Assembly (NCBI GenBank): GCA_022560555.1
Contig: JADFSZ010000007.1
Span: forward strand, 1 to 19,842
Direction: 5' to 3'
Length of the DNA: 19,842 bases
Origin: PVC group bacterium
GTDB taxonomy: Bacteria; GCA-001730085; JADFSZ01
This document shows, in pieces, positions 1 through 7,967 of this stretch. The notes below the pieces were generated by a model. It had not been told where the DNA came from and did no database searches. It worked only from the letters and a program-made list of their open reading frames with translations. The position numbers and the translations under genes were made by a program. Each line of letters starts with the position of its first letter. Position 1 is the stretch's first letter.

Positions 1-617
1 ATATTGGCGCTTTGTTTCAGGTAATCAAAAAAGACCCGCCCATCAGCAGAACCTTTAACAATCCCTTGCTCTCGCGTGTTTTGAATGAGAGCGCTTACAC
101 GGCTATCAACATCCGCAATCATAATCACCTGGCTCACATTGGGCCCAACCTTCAAAACACGCCCGACAAGCCCGTCACTCACAACCACCGTCATTTTCGG
201 CTCAATGCCGTCAAGTTGCCCTTTGTTGATCCAAAGCGTTTTACGCATCGGATGAAGATCTCTGCCTACAACTCCTGCCGCGAGAAGAACATATTCACTC
301 CCGGCCTCAAAATGAAGCATCTTCCTTAAGCGCTCATTTTCGATCTTAAACTCCTCCATCTCAATCACGATATTTTTGAGCCGAATATTCTCCCCTCGAA
401 TACGCTTGTATTCACTCTCAAGAGCCTTAAGATGATAAAGATTGTTTATGAAACCACGGCCGGCATGCGTGACATTCCCGACAACATTCTGTATGGGTTC
501 TAGAAAAGACAAAACCGGCATACGGATATAAGAAAATCCTATCCCGATAAAGACAAAAAGGATTGCGGTGAGAAAAAATCCTGCTAAGCGAAATAGAGGT
601 TTGGTAGATTCAAACAC
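1..617 (-). CDS. mreC: Rod shape-determining protein MreC, first ~205 codons; the 3' end runs off the left edge of the window
   Basis: Absent from the ORF track because the window edge truncates it. Translating the reverse complement from GTG (617-615; in-frame TAG 9 nt upstream) gives MFESTKPLFRLAGFFLTAILFVFIGIGF (TM helix), then the coiled-coil segment LKALESEYKRIRGENIRLKN, then LLAAGVVGRD..WINKGQLDGIEPKMTVVVSDGLVGRVLKVGPNVSQVIMIADVDSRVSALIQNTREQGIVKG. These are typical MreC beta-barrel motifs. It lies directly downstream of mreB. Confidence 0.85.
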   Translation of the reverse strand, partial: MFESTKPLFRLAGFFLTAILFVFIGIGFSYIRMPVLSFLEPIQNVVGNVTHAGRGFINNLYHLKALESEYKRIRGENIRLKNIVIEMEEFKIENERLRKMLHFEAGSEYVLLAAGVVGRDLHPMRKTLWINKGQLDGIEPKMTVVVSDGLVGRVLKVGPNVSQVIMIADVDSRVSALIQNTREQGIVKGSADGRVFFDYLKQSAN

Positions 618-696
618 GTTTCCCTACGTGCAAGATTGAGGTGAGTAGTTTGCAGTCAAAAACAGAGTATTATAGTAAAAGGGCGTGCTAAAAAAA

Positions 697-1734
697 TCAA
701 TTTCGGGACTCAGTCAGAATCCGTTTTAAAAATTTGATTTCATCAAGCACGATTCCTGTACCTAAAACAATGGCGGTAAGAGGATCATCCGCGACGACCA
801 CCGGCAAGCCTGTTTCTTCGCGCAAAAGATTATCAAGGCCTCTTAACAAGGATCCTCCCCCGGCAAGAACCATACCGCGATCAACAAGATCCGCCGCTAA
901 TTCAGGAGGGGTCCTTTCAAGCGTCAACCTAACCGCGTCAACGATGGATCTAATGCTCTCTTTCATGGCTTCCCGGACTTCCTCTGACGTAATGGTAATG
1001 GTTTTCGGTAATCCGGATATTTGATCTCTTCCGCGAACATCAAGTGTCATTTCTTCTTTGAGAGGAAAAGCCGATCCGATTTTAATTTTAATTTCCTCGG
1101 CTGAACGCTCTCCGATCAACAGATTGTATGTTCGGCGCAAATACTGAATAATGGAATCATCCATTTCATCCCCCCCTACCCGCAGGCTCTCAGAATGCAC
1201 AATCCCCGCCAGCGAAATCACGGCCACTTCCGTGGTTCCCCCTCCCACGTCCACAATCATATTTCCACAAGGTTCTTGTACCGGCAACCCCACACCAATC
1301 GCTGCGGCCATAGGCTCTTCCATCAGGTAAACTTCACGGGCCCCCGCGCGTTCAGCCGAATCCTTCACGGCTCTTTTTTCCACCTCGGTAATGCCGGAGG
1401 GAACAGAAACAATAATTCGGGGACTCGGTCTCCAGAATCGACTGGAGTTATGAACTTTTGAGATAAAATATCTCAACATGGCTTCTGTAATTTCGAAATC
1501 CGCGATGACCCCGTCTTTCATGGGTCTTACAGCGACAATATTACCCGGTGTACGGCCCAACATTTTTTTCGCTTCGTCCCCGACGGCCAGGACATTATTC
1601 GTTCCCTTTTGAATCGAAACAACAGAAGGCTCACACAAAACGATCCCGTGCCCTTTAACGTAAACAAGTGTGTTGGCCGTCCCGAGATCAACCCCCATAT
1701 CACATGAAAACAGCCCTGATAACGCGCTCCACAT
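697..1734 (-). CDS. mreB: Rod shape-determining actin homologue MreB
   Basis: 345 aa. It carries the actin-fold phosphate and adenosine motifs [29 protein letters not shown] and [12 protein letters not shown], and reads as MreB along its full length. A GGAGG Shine-Dalgarno lies 8 nt upstream of the ATG. Confidence 0.97.
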   Translation of the reverse strand: MWSALSGLFSCDMGVDLGTANTLVYVKGHGIVLCEPSVVSIQKGTNNVLAVGDEAKKMLGRTPGNIVAVRPMKDGVIADFEITEAMLRYFISKVHNSSRFWRPSPRIIVSVPSGITEVEKRAVKDSAERAGAREVYLMEEPMAAAIGVGLPVQEPCGNMIVDVGGGTTEVAVISLAGIVHSESLRVGGDEMDDSIIQYLRRTYNLLIGERSAEEIKIKIGSAFPLKEEMTLDVRGRDQISGLPKTITITSEEVREAMKESIRSIVDAVRLTLERTPPELAADLVDRGMVLAGGGSLLRGLDNLLREETGLPVVVADDPLTAIVLGTGIVLDEIKFLKRILTESRN

Positions 1735-1778
1735 TATTTTAGTCCTCCATATGGGGTTCTCACCGATTAACTTAATAT

Positions 1779-2663
1779 TCAGATAACACTTTTCACAAGA
1801 CTTCTTTTTGGAATATTCCCATCCCCAACACGCTCAATCACAACAGCCGCGCTCATTCGATCATAGACTTTCTCGACTCGAATTTTTCCGACACGATCTC
1901 CCCCGTCATAAACCTGAAAAACAGCTCCGATACGCACGTGATCATCTTTTCCAATATCGATGATGACAAAATCATACTCAGTGTTATACAACAAGACGCT
2001 TCCGGTCAATCTATCACTCTGGGAACTGAGAAGCGATAGATCAATATTTTCTCCTGGTGTTAACTTTTCGCTAAGCTCCGGCGTATTTATTTTAGGGGCG
2101 ATTTCAGATGCCGGAGGAGCTTTGACAACCACTCGTTTCAAATCAACCGAATTTTTACTTTCTAAAATTTTTTTTAAATCATCCTGAGCCTGCTGAAGCT
2201 GCTGCGAGAGCTCCTCGTTCAGCCGGGCAACCTCTTCCCAATTTTGCTTAGCTTTCGTTACTTCTTGTAAAAGATTTTCTTTCTCGTTTGCAATACTGAC
2301 ATTAAGATTTTGAAGTTCCTCGATTTCTTTTTGTCTTTGATTTATGGTTGCTTCAAGCTCTTCTCTTCTGGTAATCCCTCTCGCTAATTTCTCCGCCATT
2401 GATTCTGTTTCGGCAAGCATGCGAAGATGTTCTTCGTTGAACGTCTCGTTTTCCTTCTTCAAAGAAACCATTATATCCAACTGGGCCTCTAAATCGTTTT
2501 CCACAGTCAATAGTTTTTGACTCGCCAAATCCTTTTCTTCGGTCACTTTTATGATTTCGTCCTTGAGCTCTTCTCCGCGACTATAAACATACATCGTACC
2601 GGTAAAGCAGACAATACTTAAAACAAGCAGTACCGACATCAATATCTTTACGCGTTCATTCAT
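1779..2663 (-). CDS. Hypothetical membrane-anchored coiled-coil protein with a beta-rich C-terminal domain; family not recognised
   Basis: 294 aa. The order is a short basic N-terminus (MNERVK), one TM helix ([21 protein letters not shown]), about 170 aa of E/K/L/Q-rich heptad-like sequence, a P/S/E linker, then [57 protein letters not shown]. The ORF is clean, lies 44 nt upstream of mreB, and shows codon periodicity like its neighbours. Confidence 0.8.
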   Translation of the reverse strand: MNERVKILMSVLLVLSIVCFTGTMYVYSRGEELKDEIIKVTEEKDLASQKLLTVENDLEAQLDIMVSLKKENETFNEEHLRMLAETESMAEKLARGITRREELEATINQRQKEIEELQNLNVSIANEKENLLQEVTKAKQNWEEVARLNEELSQQLQQAQDDLKKILESKNSVDLKRVVVKAPPASEIAPKINTPELSEKLTPGENIDLSLLSSQSDRLTGSVLLYNTEYDFVIIDIGKDDHVRIGAVFQVYDGGDRVGKIRVEKVYDRMSAAVVIERVGDGNIPKRSLVKSVI

Positions 2664-2728
2664 TCGATGTCCATTGAATCAAGGAAACGATCTGCCTCAT
2701 TTGAATTGTATACACCCGTAGATTGATC

Positions 2729-2757
2729 CTTATAGCATAACTCTCTGCCAAGAGCAA
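2729..2757 (-). promoter_or_regulatory. Candidate sigma-70 extended -10 promoter for the coiled-coil/mreB/mreC unit
   Basis: On the minus strand: TTGCTC (2757-2752), a 17 nt spacer, then TGcTATAAG (-10 hexamer at 2734-2729). It sits about 60 nt upstream of the ATG at 2663. This is a motif match only. Confidence 0.4.
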
Positions 2758-2809
2758 GCGAATTCTCCCCCCTACACTCTTCCTATCCTTTTATAATTAA
2801 GAACGTTAC

Positions 2810-3724
2810 CTATTTCCTCATGCCCGCTTCGGGCTTGCCCTGGGCCAGAGTCTCGAGTTGTGTCATTTTAAAATAGTGGAAGCCTTCGGAAGAGCCCTCC
2901 AAATCCATACAAGCGTCATGAACCGTCACTAAATCCACATGGCGGGTATGACTTGTGAACGCGATCAAAAGCGCAATATCAGCCAACGAGCATATAATGC
3001 GCGGAATCCCTTGCGAATACTGAAAAACGGCGTCAAATCCATCAGGCATAAAAATATCCGGCCCACTGTAACCCGCTTGTTTCAGGCGGAATCGGATGAG
3101 ACCTTCGGTATCAACACGATCGAGATTTCCCAGGAAAAATCGCACGGGAAGCCTCTGCCAAAATTCCGGTATAGAACGGATCATTCCCTCTAAAGGTTTC
3201 TGCCCGGACAAAATAATTGTCAGCAAAAATTCCGACGACATGGAGAAATTCAAGAGCATTCTCAGCTCTTGAAGGGTCTGGGGAAATTTGTTAAGCATAT
3301 GGGCTTCATCAACAATAATCAGACAAAGATGATTTTCCCGATGATGTTCATAAAGTTTTGATCTCAATTGATTCAGATTGCGATGTCGATCCCTTGATGG
3401 ATCTTCAACCCCCAATTGCAACGCGATCTCCCGAATCATCTGGTTGGGTGTCATCGAAGGATGATCAATAACAGCCGTGAATAATTCCCTGGATGATTCC
3501 TCCCTTAATTCCTGGCACAAGTAATTTAAGATAGACGTTTTTCCGTCTCCCGGATTGTCGGACACAATAAGGATTCCACCTTTGTTTGTTTGGATCGCGT
3601 ACCTCATCCTAATAAGACATTCCCGATGCTGACGGCTCGGGTAAAGCATTTCAGGGTCCGGCATCAGTGAAAACGGGGGTTTTTGAAACCCCCAATAATC
3701 GTTAAATTTTGAACTCATGTGCAT
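2810..3724 (-). CDS. ExeA/GspA/MshM-like AAA ATPase (AAA_22 type), ATPase domain only
   Basis: 304 aa. The N-terminus YWGFQKPPFSLMPDPEMLYPSRQHRECL matches the ExeA-family opening motif (FGL..PF...PDP.f.y.s..h.eal). The P-loop region is SDNPGDGKTS and the Walker B is CLIIVDEAHML. Further family motifs are LRMLLNF, ILSGQKPLE, RLPVRFFLGNL and GIPRIICSLAD (cf. G.PR.iN.lc). There is no TM segment and no peptidoglycan-binding C-terminus. Confidence 0.8.
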   Translation of the reverse strand: MHMSSKFNDYWGFQKPPFSLMPDPEMLYPSRQHRECLIRMRYAIQTNKGGILIVSDNPGDGKTSILNYLCQELREESSRELFTAVIDHPSMTPNQMIREIALQLGVEDPSRDRHRNLNQLRSKLYEHHRENHLCLIIVDEAHMLNKFPQTLQELRMLLNFSMSSEFLLTIILSGQKPLEGMIRSIPEFWQRLPVRFFLGNLDRVDTEGLIRFRLKQAGYSGPDIFMPDGFDAVFQYSQGIPRIICSLADIALLIAFTSHTRHVDLVTVHDACMDLEGSSEGFHYFKMTQLETLAQGKPEAGMRK

Positions 3725-3731
3725 TTTTTAA

Positions 3732-4265
3732 TTAATCCGTAAACGTATCGCGAAGTTTTTGTTCAAGTCCTTTGGGTATTTGACCACTTAGTTTTTTGGA
3801 TGAACCATTCCGGAGCCTCCGGGCCTTCTCTTGCTGTTTTGTCATGTTTTCCCAATACTTCTCGAGTTCCCGGGCCGAAACGCGAAGAGCTCCATATCCC
3901 AGAATCTGTTGTTGAATCATCCCGTCCGATGTCGCGACAACCACCGATTCTTTCTTTCCTTTTTCCTTTGAAATCTTTTCAATAATCGAATCGGCGGTTT
4001 TTCCTTTTGGGGAGTACTTTACTCTGACACCCTGGATCTCCGCATCATCCCCAACCGGTCCCTGGCCGTCAAAAACAACCAAAATTCTGGTGCGGGTTGC
4101 CGCCTTCAATTCAGCCAAAAGACTGATCAAATGATCTCGGGCATCTTCGAGACTTAAAAGCTTACTCTTTTGAAAACAAGCCCATTGATGGATGATGTTG
4201 TAGCCATCAACGACTAAAAGCGTTTCTTCTGATAACATAGTTTTTAGGAAACCACGATAGGGCAC
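3732..4265 (-). CDS. yacP: YacP/Rae1-family NYN-domain endoribonuclease. The true start is probably the ATG at 4238, giving 168 aa.
   Basis: Reads collinear, from memory, with B. subtilis YacP/Rae1: LLVVDGYNIIHQW, LEDARDHLI, ILVVFDG, KTADSIIEKI, VVATSDGMIQQQ, GALRVSARELE and a basic C-terminal tail. Family members start a few residues before LLVDGYN, which favours MLSEETLLVVDGYN (ATG 4238) over the longest-ORF GTG at 4265. Confidence 0.85.
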   Translation of the reverse strand: MPYRGFLKTMLSEETLLVVDGYNIIHQWACFQKSKLLSLEDARDHLISLLAELKAATRTRILVVFDGQGPVGDDAEIQGVRVKYSPKGKTADSIIEKISKEKGKKESVVVATSDGMIQQQILGYGALRVSARELEKYWENMTKQQEKARRLRNGSSKKLSGQIPKGLEQKLRDTFTD

Positions 4266-4300
4266 TTTGTCTTAAATCGCAAGCCCCATGAAATTTAATC

Positions 4301-4328
4301 TTGAACTATTCGGAGTGTAACGTATAAT
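4301..4328 (+). promoter_or_regulatory. Candidate sigma-70 promoter for the ppiD-like gene
   Basis: TTGAAC (4301-4306), a 16 nt spacer, then TATAAT (4323-4328). The predicted TSS is near 4335, about 100 nt upstream of the ATG at 4437. Motif match only. Confidence 0.5.
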
Positions 4329-4352
4329 ATCACCCGTTCCCGATTTTGTAAA
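4324..4352 (-). promoter_or_regulatory. Candidate sigma-70 promoter for the yacP / ExeA-like pair
   Basis: On the minus strand: TTTACA (4352-4347), a 17 nt spacer, then TATTAT (4329-4324). This -10 box overlaps the plus-strand TATAAT (4323-4328) by 5 bp. Motif match only. Confidence 0.45.
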
Positions 4353-4436
4353 GGCCGCAAATCATTAGAGATTCAAGGCTTGCATGGGCATACGGCTACA
4401 ATAAAACCGTGAAAACTCACTGAGTTATATAAGTAT

Positions 4437-6419
4437 ATGTCGATTGTATTCTTAAGAGAGCATCTCAAAAAAATTATCGCGACAATGGCTGTTCTCATCA
4501 TTCCCGGCTTTGTCCTCTGGGGCGCCCAAGACTACTTTACGAGTAAGCGTCACCAAACTTACGCGGCTAAAATATACGATACAAAAATTAAATTGTCCGA
4601 TTATACCTACGCGCGTCAAACCATTCAAATTAATTCTTTTATGGATCTATTGGGCATGGGTCTCAATTTCGATCAGGCCCGACAGCTCCTGAATGTCAAT
4701 AAAGACGCTTTCGATGAAATGGCATGGGATCGTTTGGTCTTCCTCGAAAAAGCAAAACAAAAAGGAACACTGGCAACAGACACAGAGGTGGCAAACATCA
4801 TTTTTCAGAATCCGTTTTTTACCGATCCCACAACCCGGCAATTCAACAAGCAACAGTATCAGGCCGTGCTCTCTCGCGGCATCGGGGTTTCTGTTTCAAC
4901 ATACGAAGAAATAGTACGGGACAATGTCCGGGTCGCAAAAAACACATTTTGGACGAAGGATTTCTCTTTGACAACATCCAATGAACGCAATTTACAAAAC
5001 CACATCCAAAACGACGCGGTTACAGCTATCTTTATTCCATACAAGTCAAAAAATTTCACGCATCATATCACCAATACCAAAGAGGAAATTAGATCCTACT
5101 ATAGCCAAAACCAGGATCAATTCCTCCTTCCTCCCCAAACTCAAATTCAATACGTTGAACTCAGCGCGGAAAATGTTCGTGAGGGGATATTGGTCACCGA
5201 TGAAGAAATCGATAATTATTACGAAGAAAACAAAGAGGCTTATTTTGAAGATGAGAAAATCAGCGCGCGGCATATTCTGATCTCTCATAAAGATGCCGAA
5301 CGCGCGACGAATCAAAGCCGAAGCAAAGAAGAAGCCTATGAAATAGTCACCCGGCTCTTAGCAGAAGTCACACAAACACCCGAACGTTTTTCTGAAGTTG
5401 CCAAAAAGGAATCCGACGGCCCGTCAAATATCAAGGGCGGGGATCTCGGTGAATTTTCAAAAGGGGCTATGGATATCAATTTTGAAGAAGCGGCTTTCCG
5501 GTTGACTCAAAATGAAATCAGCGATATTGTCGAAACCCCTTACGGATTTCATATCATTCAAGTCTACGCTAGGCAAGAGAGCGTGATCCAAACACTAGAC
5601 GATGTTCGTAAAGATATAAAGGAAAATCTCGAAAAGAATAGAATTGAAGAAGCCCTTCGACAGAAAGCGTATGTCTTTTCTGATGAGCTCTACGACCTGT
5701 ATGAAGATCATGCCGAGGAACTAGTTCCTACCGCGGATACGGAACTGATAAAAAATCTCGCGTCGGTTTGGGAGAGACCCCTCCATACATCCCCATGGTT
5801 TTCAGAAGTTGACACTATCGATGAAAAATGGTACTTTCCCGAATTGATCGAGGAGGCTCTGTCTCTTGAGGTCGGAGAACCGGGATCCCTCGCGTATGAA
5901 AACCAAGAGTCCTTTTACGTGTTTCAAGTCACCCAAAAAAGGGAGGCGTATCTCCCTTCATTTGACGAAGTTTATCTCGATGTCGACAAACTCCTCCTTA
6001 ACAGCAAAGCCTTCAAAGCCGCCAAAGCAAAAGCCATTCAGGATCGTCAGCTCATAAACACAATTTTGCAGGAATCGGATCAAACCATCGAGACGGCTCT
6101 CAAAAACTTAAAACTACCTTCTGTTGGACCAAAATCCATTTTTTACGGCGGCACCATCCGGGAGTTTCAGGATGAAACTGAGCTGGCACCTTTTGCTTTC
6201 AGTGTGGGCCAAGAAGCCATTAGTCCTCCCCTAAAGATCTCGGATGGATTCGTCCTCGTTTATGTCACTAAACGTTCTTTTGCCGAAGATTTGGATAGTA
6301 ATCCGGAGGCAAAGACAAAAATTCAAAATCAGCTGCGCCTTAAAAAGGCCGCCATGTTGTTTGAAGACTGGAAAGCGCATCTCCGCCGGAATGTTGTTGA
6401 AATCAATTGGAACATGTAA
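4437..6419 (+). CDS. ppiD: PpiD/SurA-like periplasmic chaperone, membrane-anchored parvulin-type peptidyl-prolyl isomerase
   Basis: 660 aa. It has an N-terminal signal-anchor (IIATMAVLIIPGFVLWG), a long SurA_N-like region, and a single PPIC/parvulin domain (ISARHILISHKDA ... GGDLGEFSKGAMDINFEEAAFRL ... PYGFHIIQV). Confidence 0.85.
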   Translation: MSIVFLREHLKKIIATMAVLIIPGFVLWGAQDYFTSKRHQTYAAKIYDTKIKLSDYTYARQTIQINSFMDLLGMGLNFDQARQLLNVNKDAFDEMAWDRLVFLEKAKQKGTLATDTEVANIIFQNPFFTDPTTRQFNKQQYQAVLSRGIGVSVSTYEEIVRDNVRVAKNTFWTKDFSLTTSNERNLQNHIQNDAVTAIFIPYKSKNFTHHITNTKEEIRSYYSQNQDQFLLPPQTQIQYVELSAENVREGILVTDEEIDNYYEENKEAYFEDEKISARHILISHKDAERATNQSRSKEEAYEIVTRLLAEVTQTPERFSEVAKKESDGPSNIKGGDLGEFSKGAMDINFEEAAFRLTQNEISDIVETPYGFHIIQVYARQESVIQTLDDVRKDIKENLEKNRIEEALRQKAYVFSDELYDLYEDHAEELVPTADTELIKNLASVWERPLHTSPWFSEVDTIDEKWYFPELIEEALSLEVGEPGSLAYENQESFYVFQVTQKREAYLPSFDEVYLDVDKLLLNSKAFKAAKAKAIQDRQLINTILQESDQTIETALKNLKLPSVGPKSIFYGGTIREFQDETELAPFAFSVGQEAISPPLKISDGFVLVYVTKRSFAEDLDSNPEAKTKIQNQLRLKKAAMLFEDWKAHLRRNVVEINWNM

Positions 6420-6422
6420 AAC

Positions 6423-7949
6423 CTAGAGATAATCGGGGGCTTTCATTTCGAAGGATTTGATTTTGCGGTCTAGACGGTTTCTTGAAATATTCAGAATTTT
6501 CGCGGCTCGGCTTTTGTTCCATCCTGTCTGATTAAGAACGGCTTCAATATGTTTTTTATCGGCATTGTCAAGAGCAAGACTGCTTTTAGGTTTTTCATCT
6601 ATTTCATTTTTTCTAATTTCCTCGGATAAATGCTCCAATGTGAGAACATCGCCCTCGCCCAAAACGACAGCCCGTTCAATTGTGTTTCTTAACTCCCTCA
6701 CATTTCCCGGCCAGCTATAAGCTACAAGACATTCAAGGGCTTCCTGATGAATACGAGTCATTGTTTGCCCCGCGTCTTTGCTGAATTGATCCAAAAATCT
6801 ATGAGCCAAAAGCGATATATCGTCTTTACGATCCTTTAGAGCCGGCAAATCAATACAAATCACCTTAAGGCGATAAAACAAATCTTCTCTAAATTTTCCC
6901 TCTTGAACGAGTTTTGGCAAATCCTCATTCGTCGCTGAAATCACGCGAATATCAATATCAATCAATTGATTGCCCCCGACACGTTCGATTTGGCGTTCTT
7001 CTAACACACGAAGTAATTTAATTTGAGTTTCATGATTGAGCGTGCCGATTTCATCCAAGAAAATTGTGCCTCCGTTAGCAGACTCGAATTTTCCAAGTTT
7101 CAATTTATCCGCTCCCGTAAAAGCTCCTTTTTCATGGCCAAACAATTCACTTTCAAGAAGTGTTCCCGTTAAAATCGAGCAGGCTACAGGAACAAAAGCC
7201 CCTCCCACGCGTTCACTTTGATAATGAATATTTCTTGCGACGAGCTCCTTGCCCGTGCCGCTTGGCCCGGTAATATGAACGGTAGAGTTTGTTTTCGATA
7301 CTTTTTGAATTAAATTAAATACCGACTTCATTTCAGCACTTTCACCGATAAGAATATATTTTTTATTGATTTCGCTTTTTAAAAGAGAATTTTCTTTTCG
7401 GGTTTGCGTGTGTGATTTAGCATTATTAATGGCTATAGCAGCAAATCCGGACAAAAGGGACGCGAGAAGCAGGTCTTTTTCATCAAAGCATTTTTGTCCT
7501 TTTTTGTTCAAAATTTCGATCACACCGATGACGCGATCTTCCATTTTACATGGAACACAAATCATGGATTTTGTGGGAAAAGAAATCATCTCACTGATTT
7601 GGCGACTAAATCGCTCATCCGTATCGGCATCTTTCACGAGAACTGATTCTGCGTGCTCGGCCACCCATCCCGCGATTCCTTCACCCATATCCAGAGTAAA
7701 CTTTTTCAGCTCCTTTGATTTTGCACCGGTTGTCGTTCGAAAATGGAGCTTTTTGTCTAAGGGGTCCATCAGTAAAATGGAGCTGGCCTCCGCGCTGAGA
7801 ATAGCATTCGTCTGGGTCATGATTCGCTCCAGCACATCATCAAGCGCAAGAGTTGAATGGATAGTTCGACTGACTTCTAAGAGGTTCATAAACTGCTCTT
7901 TTGAGAGCAATCCGTAATTTTCCTTAAGATCCGTTAATGACGAACTCAT
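6423..7949 (-). CDS. Sigma-54-dependent transcriptional activator (enhancer-binding protein) with an N-terminal GAF sensor domain and a C-terminal Fis-type HTH
   Basis: 508 aa. The N-terminal ~180 aa are GAF-like (LERIMTQTNAILSAEASSILLMD ... GIAGWVAEH ... SMICVPCKMEDRVIGVIEILNK). The AAA+ core has Walker A GPSGTGKE, the sigma-54 contact loop ESELFGHEKGAFTGA, Walker B GGTIFLDEIG, and RVISATN, FREDLFYRL and WPGNVRELRN. The C-terminal HTH is GWNKSRAAKILNISRNRLDRKIK. Confidence 0.93.
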   Translation of the reverse strand: MSSSLTDLKENYGLLSKEQFMNLLEVSRTIHSTLALDDVLERIMTQTNAILSAEASSILLMDPLDKKLHFRTTTGAKSKELKKFTLDMGEGIAGWVAEHAESVLVKDADTDERFSRQISEMISFPTKSMICVPCKMEDRVIGVIEILNKKGQKCFDEKDLLLASLLSGFAAIAINNAKSHTQTRKENSLLKSEINKKYILIGESAEMKSVFNLIQKVSKTNSTVHITGPSGTGKELVARNIHYQSERVGGAFVPVACSILTGTLLESELFGHEKGAFTGADKLKLGKFESANGGTIFLDEIGTLNHETQIKLLRVLEERQIERVGGNQLIDIDIRVISATNEDLPKLVQEGKFREDLFYRLKVICIDLPALKDRKDDISLLAHRFLDQFSKDAGQTMTRIHQEALECLVAYSWPGNVRELRNTIERAVVLGEGDVLTLEHLSEEIRKNEIDEKPKSSLALDNADKKHIEAVLNQTGWNKSRAAKILNISRNRLDRKIKSFEMKAPDYL

Positions 7950-7967
7950 ATTTGCCGCGCCTTTTTG

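Noticed and set aside
12-329. 105 aa plus-strand ORF in the supplied track
   Set aside because: It lies entirely antisense to the clearly recognisable mreC reading frame (1-617, minus). Its sequence is N/H/P/R-rich with no motif and has no start signals. It is the typical shadow ORF of a real gene.
2735-2749. Sigma-54-like element TTGGCAGAGAGTTATGCT upstream of the coiled-coil/mreB unit, near a sigma-54 activator gene
   Set aside because: The GG-to-GC spacing is 11 nt, not the strictly conserved 10. The same bases are explained more simply as a sigma-70 promoter (TTGCTC-17 nt-TGcTATAAG).
1779-3724. Reading the ExeA-like ATPase plus the downstream TM coiled-coil protein as a split GspA/GspB (ExeA/ExeB)-like pair
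   Set aside because: The coiled-coil protein has only about 6 predicted cytoplasmic residues, so it has little surface to contact a soluble cytoplasmic ATPase. The two genes are separated by 146 nt containing a promoter-like element. I see no GspB-like sequence and no secretin or T2SS gene nearby. The idea is kept only as a remote possibility.
6183-6200. TGGCAC hexamer on the plus strand
   Set aside because: It lies inside the ppiD-like coding sequence. The downstream GC is only 8 nt from the GG, and there is no gene to drive.
7366-7917. 183 aa plus-strand ORF, the longest unexplained ORF in the track
   Set aside because: It is fully antisense to the GAF domain of the sigma-54 activator, whose own frame carries unmistakable motifs. 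The translation is S/R/F-rich low-complexity with no recognisable domain, SD or promoter. I treat it as a shadow ORF. Ribo-seq would be needed to argue otherwise.
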